Assembly (NCBI RefSeq): GCF_001194135.2 | Contig: NC_068985.1 | Span: forward strand, 95,071,519-95,104,524 | From: Octopus bimaculoides | Lineage: Eukaryota | Length of the DNA stretch: 33,006 nt | Reading direction: 5' to 3' | The notes under the pieces: model-generated | Told to the model about the DNA's origin: nothing | Seen by the model: only the letters and a program-made list of their open reading frames with translations | Databases searched by the model: none | Part shown: positions 23,526 to 33,006 of the stretch, piece by piece | Layout of the letters: every line of letters starts with the position of its first letter | Numbering within the stretch: position 1 is the stretch's first letter | Position numbers and translations under genes: made by a program

Positions 23526-23992
23526 GGAGCAGGAGTGGCTGTGTGGTAAGTAGCTTGCTTACCAACCACATGGTTCTGGGTTCACTCCCACTGCGTGGCA
23601 TCTTGGGCAAGTGTCTTCTACTATAGCCCCGGGCCGACCAAAGCATTGTGAGTGGATTTGGTAGTCGGAAACNNNNNNNNNNNNNNNNNNNNNNNNNNNN
23701 NNNNNNNNNNNNNNNNNNNNNNNNNNNNNNNNNNNNNNNNNNNNNNNNNNTATATATATATATATATGTGTGTATGTGTGTGTTTGTGTGTCTGTGTTTG
23801 TCCCCCCAACATCGCTTGACAACCGATGCTGGTGTGTTTACGTTCCCGTAACTTAGCGGTTCGGCAAAAGAGACCGATAGAGTAAGTACTAGGCTTCCAA
23901 AGAATAAGTCCTGGGGTCGATTTGCTCGACTAAAGGCGGTGTTCCAGCATGGCAGCAGTCAAATGACTGAAACAAGTAAAAGAGTAAAAGAG
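23526..23992 (+). mobile_element. SINE family A, full length (internal microsatellite contains a 78-N gap, 23673-23750)
   Basis: GGAGTGGCTGTGTGGTAAGTAGCTTGCTTACCAACCACATGGTTCTGGGTTCACTCCCACTGCGTGGCATCTTGGGCAAG...GAAACAAGTAAAAGAGTAAAAGAG. Confidence 0.94.
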
Positions 23993-24250
23993 ACTAGTAT
24001 GTAATTTCAAGTCAAGTTCTTCGACTCTTTGGATCACACTTGCAGTACATGCATTTGCAAAGAGAACTGTATTATCATCTATGCATACAGAACACATAAA
24101 AGCATATCTGAACCAGACAAATTTAGAGTGTAGAATATAATTATTTTTCTCGTCGCAATTCCGCTCCTTTTAAGAGGTGTTTTGGCAGAATTATATAGAT
24201 ACTGTAGAAAGTAAGGTTAATAAGAAATGAAATATTATAATATTATTGAA

Positions 24251-24474
24251 GGCGGCAAGCTAACAGAATCGTTAGCACGCTGGACGTAGTGCTTAGCAGT
24301 ATTTCGTCCATCGCTACGTTCTGAGTTCGAATTCCGCCGAGGTCGACTTTGCTCTCAACCTTTCGAGGTCGATGAAATAAGTACTAGTTACGCACAGTCA
24401 TCGATCCAATCGACTTGTTCCCTCACCGCAAACAATTTCAAGGACTTGTACCTAGAGAAGAAATAATTATTATT
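24251..24474 (+). mobile_element. SINE family B, full length (first of a head-to-tail pair)
   Basis: GGCGGCAAGCTAACAGAATCGTTAGCACGCTGG...GAGTTCGAATTCCGCCGAGGTCGACTTTGC...GGTCGATGAAATAAGTAC; ends in (ATT)n. Confidence 0.92.
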
Positions 24475-24477
24475 AAA

Positions 24478-24699
24478 GTCGACGTGCTGGCAGTATCGTT
24501 AGCAGACTGGACGAAACGCTTAGCAGTATTTCTCTCATCGCTGCGTTCTGAGTTCAAATTCCGCCGAAGTCGACTTTGCCTTCCATCATTTCGGGGTCAA
24601 CAAATTAAATACCAGTGAAACACTGGGGTTCCATGTGATCCACTTGCACCCTCCCAATAAATGTGAGACCATCTGCCTCCAGTAGAAAGAAAGGATTAT
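24478..24699 (+). mobile_element. SINE family B, full length (second of the pair)
   Basis: GTGCTGGCAGTATCGTTAGCAGACTGG...GAGTTCAAATTCCGCCGAAGTCGACTTTGCCTTCCATCATTTCGGGGTC...AAAGGATTAT. The GCCTTYCATCCTTTCGGGGTCGATAAA segment recalls Meta/Sauria-type SINE central domains (from memory, needs a Dfam/Repbase check). Confidence 0.92.
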
Positions 24700-26317
24700 A
24701 TGAACACATTTAATTTTCAGACAAATCGCTCTGAAAGCAGGCATTTTATATTGTACTACGTACATCCTGATATACTATAAAATGATGAGATGGAAATTCT
24801 TCGAATAACATCACTCATTGGTCTCCTTCTTCAGCGTGCAGCAGTGCCTATCCGTCGACAATTTATATTATACATTAAAGTAGATTATATAAATGGAATA
24901 TAAATCTCAAATTGAGAAGCAATGATTCAAAAGTATTACGACATGAATTTTCCTTCATTTATTTACCAACAGAGCAATAAAAAGAAATATCTTGCATAAT
25001 TCAAAGTTCATGATAATGCATATTCTAAAACTTTAAAATATATAGATAAATTATGTGCAGAATAAAATGAAGCAAAGAGTAATATCTGTACAAAATAATC
25101 CAATAATACAAAATATATTTCCTTTCCAAAGGTTATTTTACTTTATGACCTGGTAATGCCATGCTAATAGAATATTCGATTACCATAGAAAAGCTGCGAG
25201 CAAAGTAAAGTTTATTTGCTTTATGAATTATATAGGTCAAATCTGTAAGTCATTGAAAAATATGTTTCTGCGATGAGGTCGTAACAAAATCGCTCATAAA
25301 AATTGCAGATAATGCATAAGTATGTCGTTGGAGATAATAGTGTATTCTACTACAAGTATGAGATGATAATTGCATAAAATAAGAACTTATAATGATGACA
25401 AGCAAGAAATATAAAATTCCGTAAGTTTGTAAGTGAATCTATTTTATATATATATATATATATAAAATCGTGCAAATAAGTCATAGAAAGCATCAAGCAA
25501 ACAATTTCACAATTTCTTTCTCTTAATAACGAAACCAATGTATGTATATACAAATAGGTAACCGAAATAACAGCAGGTCTTCTCCGAAAACACTTATCAG
25601 ACGGGTTCTAAATGCATTATATTTCAAACTAATACTCACGGCAATTAAATTTTAAATGCACGTGTCCTGCATTAAGAACAGACATGAGGGAATGAAAGGC
25701 AAGTGTAAGAAACATAAAAGATCAACGATGAAAAGAAACAGAAAGATATTGCGTTCTGTTGGACGTGAATATATTCGGATTTGCACCGTGTCACACTATC
25801 AAAACTATTGTGTCGACGCTCCCAGGTAAATAGAGGTAGTCTGGTCGTGGTAGGTGTGTTGAGCAGCTGTTGAGTAGCAGTCAAGTAGCAGTTGCGTAAT
25901 GGTTGAGTAGAGATCATTCGAAGGTGCTAGATAGCAGTAGCTTGAGACATAACAAAAACAATATTGTCTTGAATTTTATTTAATATCAGTTTATGTAGAC
26001 TACTATTAGTGTTAATAAAGTCACAGTGTTGCTGAATTTGAGGCCAAATCCCATTACAATTATATAATATAATCATAGATAAAGGATATATTGGGTAACA
26101 ACATCACTAACAAGAAAGGGAACTCACTGGAGTAAACAGTGACACGCTCCATCATAATGCATTCAGTTCAGTGCTATTAAGATGCTAGATAACAGCGGAA
26201 AATAATTCCAGAAATAAGTTAATGTGTTTCCCCCTCCGATTAGAAAGCTAGCGTTTTATACTGGGAAAGTACGCATTGGACAATGTAGATGTATATAAGC
26301 TTTGCGATACGCACGAA

Positions 26318-26666
26318 TCTCAGGCCTACATGTTTGGGCACTACTCTCGTGCCTACGTGTATAGACACCACTCACAGACCTGGGTGTATGGACACCACTC
26401 TCAGGTCTACGTGTATGGAAACCACTCTCAGGCCTGCGTACATGGACACCATTCTCAGAACTGCATGTATGGACACCACTAACCCTACCAATCTCAGGCC
26501 TACATGTATGGGCACTACTCTCGGGCCTAAGTGTATGTACACCACTCTCAGGCCTGCGTATATGGACACCACTCTCAGGCCTACTTGTATGGACACCACC
26601 CTCAAGCCTGCGTGAATGGACACCACTTTCAGGCCTACATGTATGGACACTACTCCCAGGATAACA
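26318..26666. repeat. 27-bp minisatellite, about 12.5 units, consensus TCTCAGGCCTACRTGTATGGACACCAC, with a 12-bp spacer at 26480-26491
   Basis: Units delineated by eye. Units 1-2 and 7-8 share diagnostic variants, giving a 174-bp higher-order period. Confidence 0.95.
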
Positions 26667-27035
26667 TGTGTGGAGTGACTCAAACGATCTTAAACCTGGT
26701 TGTTCCACTCCTAACCCAGCTTACGATTCTACTTTTCACTACAGTAATCCCTCGACTATCACGTGTGTTAGGTTTCAAAACCCCTGAGATATTTGAAAAT
26801 CCGCGAAGTACAAACAGTACTCTACTGTATTTTTTTATTATCATTTTTATAATTTGTATATGTTTATTTTATTATAAATGCAAACCAACACCACAGTGGA
26901 ATCGACGTAAGCTTAAATAGTTAACTACGATAGGCGAACCGCAATATGGCGTGGGTTAACTGTATATCCAATATGTCTTTCAATTCAAATGAAAGCATTC
27001 ACATCATGAAAGTTATCTCCTTTAACAGGATGGGA

Positions 27036-27037
<2 letters not shown>

Positions 27038-27079
<42 letters not shown>
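27038..27079. repeat. (TA)n microsatellite
   Basis: Direct reading. Confidence 0.95.
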
Positions 27080-27081
<2 letters not shown>

Positions 27082-27718
27082 ATATATTTTGTTGCTTATG
27101 TTAAAGACAATCTTTTGAATGATGGCTTAATTACAATGCAATAGGCATGCATTTCATGGAAACTAAATTATACTTCCGATTGCGAATAATAAAACAATAA
27201 TAGCAGTTTTAGATTTTGATTAACTATCAGATGTATTCGGGAAATATATATTGGTGTGTTTAGGTATATATCTTGCCTCTTATAATTATGTGCAGATATG
27301 AATTTCCAGAGTGTACATTAATATAATAATGCACTAAAATATGTGTTAATACGATAACGACGGCCATTAATCATATGAAATGAAAATTCTAGATGTCTCT
27401 TCTCTACATTCATTGGCAAAGCATCTGTAAGGAAGCAATAAAATGCGTATTTTAAGTTGAAATAACCATAATTCATGTCTTCTGCTGCATTAGTTTTACT
27501 ATACTAAAGCAATAAAATTATAACGTTTATTCCTTTCAAAGCAATCTTGTAAAAATGATACATTAATAAAGCGAATGATAATAACCCGGTTTCGATAGTA
27601 AATTCCACGAAATATTCATACAACTTGGGATTTTTTTAGAAATATAAGTACCAAAGGCAGTCATGAGTTTATGAAACGCGCTTCACTTTCACGTACATAT
27701 ACGTACGTCCGTACATAC

Positions 27719-27753
27719 TTACACACACACACACACATACATACATACATACA

Positions 27754-27789
<36 letters not shown>

Positions 27790-27790
27790 T
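27719..27790. repeat. (CA)n-(CATA)n-(TA)n compound microsatellite
   Basis: Direct reading. Confidence 0.93.
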
Positions 27791-29419
27791 GTCTGTATAT
27801 ATGTAAAAGCAGTATAAACACCAGCAGCATTTCCATTCAGAACGTAAACTACCAGAAAAATATAAATGCCTACATCTGACGCACTCATAATTCTGGCATT
27901 TTGTTTTAATTTGATAATAATAAAGTCACTTTCATAATCACTAAATATGTACTTAATGTTGATTGGCATGACAGATTGTGGAACAGTACAAATGGTGAAC
28001 ATATCAACAGCCGTATGATGCCCTGTATTACTCACAATAAAACTTATAGACAAAATTTAGAGAGTTAGTTTGTAGAGGGTCAGAAAATGTAACAAATTAA
28101 AGAACAAACATCCTAATAGTATGTGTGGTATTTTGCTTAGATATGTTAAATATGGGTATAACGGGCAGTGGACATGATTTATAACAAAATCATAGTGATA
28201 AAATTAAATGTTTTGAGGTGGTCAAAGGGATAATGAACAATACTAGGTAAAATAAAGATTTTGAATGCACATTTAAAAATAGTGGAATAGCGCAGTCATA
28301 TATGCTTTATATACAATTTTCAGGTGAAAGTCCACATACCGAAAGTTTCTCTTTACAGAAAATATCCCATTGCACCAGGACCACTAGGAAAAATACGATA
28401 CATATAATAACAACGTCTTGCAGTCTACTATCCTTAATACATTTGATAGCATTATCAGTTGTAATAAAACTAATCTGGGTAAAATAAAACGAGACGGCAG
28501 TTACACTGTATCCAGTGAGGCATTTATAGTCACCAATAGTTAATAAGGAGAGAAGAGTACACTTGTGGATCCTTAAATGTGTTGAGGAGGATTAAGCATA
28601 TAGAATAATTAATTATAGCATTTCTCGGTCTGATTGTCTCCATTTGTCTCTCAAGTACCCATGCAAAGTACTTCTTCAGAAATATATTTAGCGGAGACGT
28701 ATACTTTCAGTACATTAAAAGACAAGATATGAATAAACCAGTACTGATTTATTAAACCGGTTACGAATAAACTTTAAGCGTGTAGCGGTATGTTAAATGT
28801 CTTCTACAATATTTATTGCTTATAAAGTAATTAAATGGGGACTAAGGAATGCATTGTCTCTACAATGAAAATTTCTTCTTTGAATTTCTATATAGTTTGA
28901 GATTTTGTTGAAAAATACAAGGTCGAGATACTTAATTGTTAGATGATTCTGTGTAATAGCAAGACATCTGTAATAATAAAAAGCATGTTGGATATAATCG
29001 CTGGAAAATTCGCATAAAAACATACAGGAGAAGTGAGTATATAGTAATTATACAGCCAGCAGGCAAGGGAAATTTTGTTTTCTATCTCGCCATTTCTCAG
29101 TAAATATAATGAGGATATAATTAATTGCAGTTACATAAACCTCAGGAAATTTTAAGTTCTAAAGAAATAGGGGAGTTCATATAATCATCTCTATTACAAT
29201 TCAGATGTCAGGCACATATTTAATAACTGAGACTTAGAAATTATATATTATTGTGTAATATTTCTACCCTTTTGAAAATATCTGTTAAGTATATGCATAA
29301 CACCATATATGGTTGCATTTCCTTATATTTTATTCTACAACTGGACGTATGTGTATGAACATATAGTATTTAAAACTTATACGTGTACAACTCCTTGTGC
29401 TTACATGAATGCGTTAATG

Positions 29420-29436
29420 TGTGTGTGTCTACACAT

Positions 29437-29469
<33 letters not shown>

Positions 29470-29488
29470 CACACACACNNNNNNNNNN

Positions 29489-29534
<46 letters not shown>

Positions 29535-29575
29535 GTGTGTGTGCGTGTGTGTTTGCGTGTGTGTGTATACATGCA
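29420..29575. repeat. (CA)n / 10-N gap / (TA)n / (TG)n compound microsatellite
   Basis: Direct reading. Gap at 29479-29488. Confidence 0.92.
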
Positions 29576-30284
29576 TATATAAACATAAGTAAATATAGGG
29601 GAAGAAAGAAAGTGCACATTTTGTGCATCAATTTGTGTGGAGGTCTGCTTATGTGTGAGTGTTTGTTTGGTTGTGCGTGTAAAATGATTTAAATGAAAAT
29701 ATGGCAGAAAAGTTTCTTCATGTGATATACTGGAGAACTTTCTGAACATCTTTAATTGTCCAATATTACATGCACACAATATAGCGAAGCATGAATAATA
29801 TATCACGACATGACGTAAATAACAAGAAACATTGACTAAAATATTTTGCTTGCAATTTATATAAATATTAATGCTAAATCTAGATAAAACACACCAACTT
29901 CAAATGAGTGGTTAAGAAAATATATTGACATTCAGTTATGCATGAACGAAGACGGCTGTGATGAAGTCATAGAATGTCATTTGAAATGTAACCATACACA
30001 TTTTAATGGCAGATCCTTGAGTAAGAGAATAAGCGAGAATATCATGGTACTACTTTTCATTACTTGCAGCAAACAAATACATTTTGGCATTTACTACGAA
30101 ATGAAAGTACAAAAGAAACTCTCAGATAAAAGTATTGTTCTTAAATAGGACGCTAGGTAATAGTTAGAGAAAATGCCGCCGTATGAACGTGTTGTAAGAG
30201 AACTTATGGATAAGGAGTACATTTATTTGGAGTTCAGATATAAAATAGTTTCCTCATAAATGATAATTACTCGTTTTTCTGTCG

Positions 30285-30470
30285 TTTGTCTGTAGTCATG
30301 CGTGAGCACCACCTCGGAAAATTTATTCAAAAGAATCGATAGATACACTTTTCAAAGTATGGTCCTTTCTTTTGCCGAACCAGTAAATTTCAGGTCCATA
30401 AACAAATTAAACGTCATTTGTTAGCGGTGAAGTCAAACAAAAAGACACACACACACTATCTCTCTCATGT
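30285..30470 (-). mobile_element. SINE family A, degenerate 3' half
   Basis: GAGCACCACCT...CTTTTGCCGAACC...GTCAAACAAAAAGACACACACAC is the reverse complement of the family A 3' half. Confidence 0.65.
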
Positions 30471-30900
30471 ATACACACACACACAGGACATCACCAACAA
30501 GCGTAAAACACGTAAACACACGAGAGATAAATATGGGATAAAATACGCCAAAAGTTTAAAACTTTCTCAGTTAACAAACTTAGAAGCGGCACGTGAACTG
30601 ATATTTTACAGAAAATAAAATAAATCACGAACGCAGAATGGTTGTTTTCACTGCTAATCCGCATTCATATTTTCTTTTATCTCTGGAGGGTCATCGTACC
30701 AATAAGAAGCACAAACACTACTTCTAATACATTTCATTATCTCTTTTATTTTGCATTTGATTATCTGTCTAATCAATTAAGCAATCTACTGACTAATCAC
30801 TCGATCAATCATTTACGTGCATCAGTCATTTCCTGAACATTAGCAACCCCATAAACGACATGACCCCTCTACTCCATCATTGTGCTTCCTAGTTGTAGAT

Positions 30901-30901
<1 letters not shown>

Positions 30902-30979
<78 letters not shown>

Positions 30980-31006
30980 ATATATGTATATATGTATATG
31001 TATATG

Positions 31007-31037
<31 letters not shown>

Positions 31038-31426
31038 ACATNNNNNNNNNNNNNNNNNNNNNNNNNNNNNNNNNNNNNNNNNNNNNNNNNNNNNNNNNNN
31101 NNNNNNNNNNNNNNNNNNNNNNNNNNNNNNNNNNNNNNNNNNNNNNNNNNNNNNNNNNNNNNNNNNNNNNNNNNNNNNNNNNNNNNNNNNNNNNNNNNNN
31201 NNNNNNNNNNNNNNNNNNNNNNNNNNNNNNNNNNNNNNNNNNNNNNNNNNNNNNNNNNNNNNNNNNNNNNNNNNNNNNNNNNNNNNNNNNNNNNNNNNNN
31301 NNNNNNNNNNNNNNNNNNNNNNNNNNNNNNNNNNNNNNNNNNNNNNNNNNNNNNNNNNNNNNNNNNNNNNNNNNNNNNNNNNNNNNNNNNNNNNNNNNNN
31401 NNNNNNNNNNNNNNNNNNNNNNNNNN

Positions 31427-31465
<39 letters not shown>

Positions 31466-31525
31466 ATGTATATATATGTATATATATGTGTATATGCATG
31501 TATAGCATTCTATATATACATATAT
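30902..31525. repeat. (TA)n/(TG)n microsatellite complex with 385-N gap (31042-31426)
   Basis: Direct reading. Confidence 0.93.
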
Positions 31526-31860
31526 AGATTTGCTTGTGCGCGTGCGTGTGTAAATCCGCGTTCGTGTAAGTGTTTAAGGGAGCATCACTCTGTGTGCGTC
31601 CACGCGTGTATGCCTACATGTCTGTGTCTGCGAGTGTGTGTCTACGTATATCTGCCTATATGCCTGTGCGCGTGAGCATTCATGACTCTGAAAATTGCAT
31701 TGCAGTAATTCAAGAGTACAGGTAATTTCTTCCATATTTCTACTAAAGCATGTAGCTACGCATTCATGCAATGCATACATGTGTGTCTTTATCAATCTAG
31801 CAATGAAGCTTCACTCAAATACCAGTGTATGTTCATCAACCTAAAACCCACGCTCCAGCA

Positions 31861-31918
31861 TTTAAGGTGGTGCTCTAGCATGACCACAATCAAATCACTG
31901 AAACAAGTAAACGAATAA
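31861..31918 (+). mobile_element. SINE family A 3' terminal fragment
   Basis: TTTAAGGTGGTGCTCTAGCATGACCACAATCAAATCACTGAAACAAGTAAACG matches the family A tail. Confidence 0.8.
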
Positions 31919-32460
31919 ATGTATATTTATTTATATATCTATAATATTATATTTCGTTCACTCACAATTTTCTGGTGGTTGGTTGTGACAATCTAACGAG
32001 CAGACGACAGTACCAGGTTGACGTTGTGTTATTTGATACAGATATGTCCTGTTCTTGTGTATTTATATATAATCTTATATAACTTGTATTTTCTTCGGTT
32101 TTTCATACCTTCTCGTAGCTGCCAGTGATGGTATGGTCGGTATATTTTAAGGGTGTTTCTTTTTCTTTCATTAACTGATTGTTCATATTTGTTTGATAGT
32201 GCAATCTCCCATATCTGTCGTAAACAAGCAAACAAGCCTCTTATAGATTTATCAACATTTTAAGACTCTGTTTTTAAACACGCTGCCATGTTTATCTTTA
32301 GTGTGCTGATAGCACAGCTTCGTTGGTTTCATTCCAAAGTTCCTCCATTTTCTCCGCCAAACTCTAATATATGCTGTGTCTCTAATATATGCTATGGTCC
32401 AATTCCAAAATCCTCCCGCCATATTGTTTAATTGAAAAGTTATGTTTCTCGTTTGACAGA

Positions 32461-32470
32461 ACATTCACAC

Positions 32471-32508
<38 letters not shown>

Positions 32509-32590
32509 ACACACACACACACACACAGAAACGAACAAACACACATACACACACATACACGCACACACATGCACGCACACACATACAATC
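32461..32590. repeat. (CA)n microsatellite, degenerate distally
   Basis: Direct reading. Confidence 0.93.
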
Positions 32591-33006
32591 ACACATTTTC
32601 TCCTTCATTCTCACCTACGTCTCACTCATATTCATATGAGATATAAATATATAGCCTGTAAAGAAGGAAACACATAGAGTTCAAGGAGATATAGATTAGA
32701 GAGTGACTGTCATTGATGAAACTGTCAATAAGGACTAAAGGACATTGAGGAACCCAGTTCTCTGATTGACTGACCGAAAAATAAATCAAACATCGGTGAG
32801 TTAATTGGTTAAATATAAGACCAACTCACAAATAACACATAAAGAAGTTAAATAGAATAAGTGCATATATCTATTGTACAGATAATCCACCCCCACTTGT
32901 TACAACAAAATACATAATATACATAATATATATATATATTTACATATTTGTTTTGCAAGATTTTTGATGTGAAATCGTGTGTTGAAACAGATGTTGTTGT
33001 ACATGG

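Noticed and set aside
26318-26666. CRISPR array or C2H2 zinc-finger array interpretation of the 27-bp repeat
   Set aside because: The units are contiguous with no unique spacers, there are no cas genes, and the context is eukaryotic. There is no C-x2-C...H-x3-H spacing or TGEKP linker.
27661-28053. 130-aa minus-strand ORF (…SDYESDFIIIKLKQNAR…)
   Set aside because: The C-terminal third is microsatellite, and the remaining ~88 codons are within chance expectation. The resemblance to the trypsin DIALLKL motif is too weak.
28324-28478. Possible + strand exon TTTTCAG|…TGG|GTAAAA encoding a hydrophobic segment (IHIITTSCSLLSLIHLIALSVVIKLIW)
   Set aside because: Hydrophobic translation is typical of AT-rich DNA. 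A second frame is also open, and no family could be assigned.

Overview
AT-rich eukaryotic non-coding DNA, most likely intronic or intergenic sequence from an Octopus (cephalopod) short-read scaffold. That assignment is an inference from the SINE families and the very dense CA/TA/GA/GATA microsatellites next to seven N-gaps. I could not identify any protein-coding gene with confidence. The long ORFs in the supplied track are almost all artefacts of N-runs or simple repeats. The window is dominated by three tRNA-derived SINE families: family A (CORE-like, about 400 bp with an internal microsatellite), family B (about 220 bp, often in head-to-tail tandems) and family C (about 380 bp, tRNA-Arg-like head and a 3' stem-loop). 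It also holds a 27-bp His/Gly/Tyr-reading minisatellite with higher-order structure, a perfect 30-bp palindrome, an inverted repeat whose arms each resemble a hammerhead ribozyme core, and a GC-rich 135-bp island (8909-9045) that could be an exon or a degenerate structured RNA. There is no prokaryotic-type system such as a CRISPR array or operon. The best leads are retroelement-related: recurrent SINE tandem junctions and ribozyme-like relics. All of them need computational confirmation.
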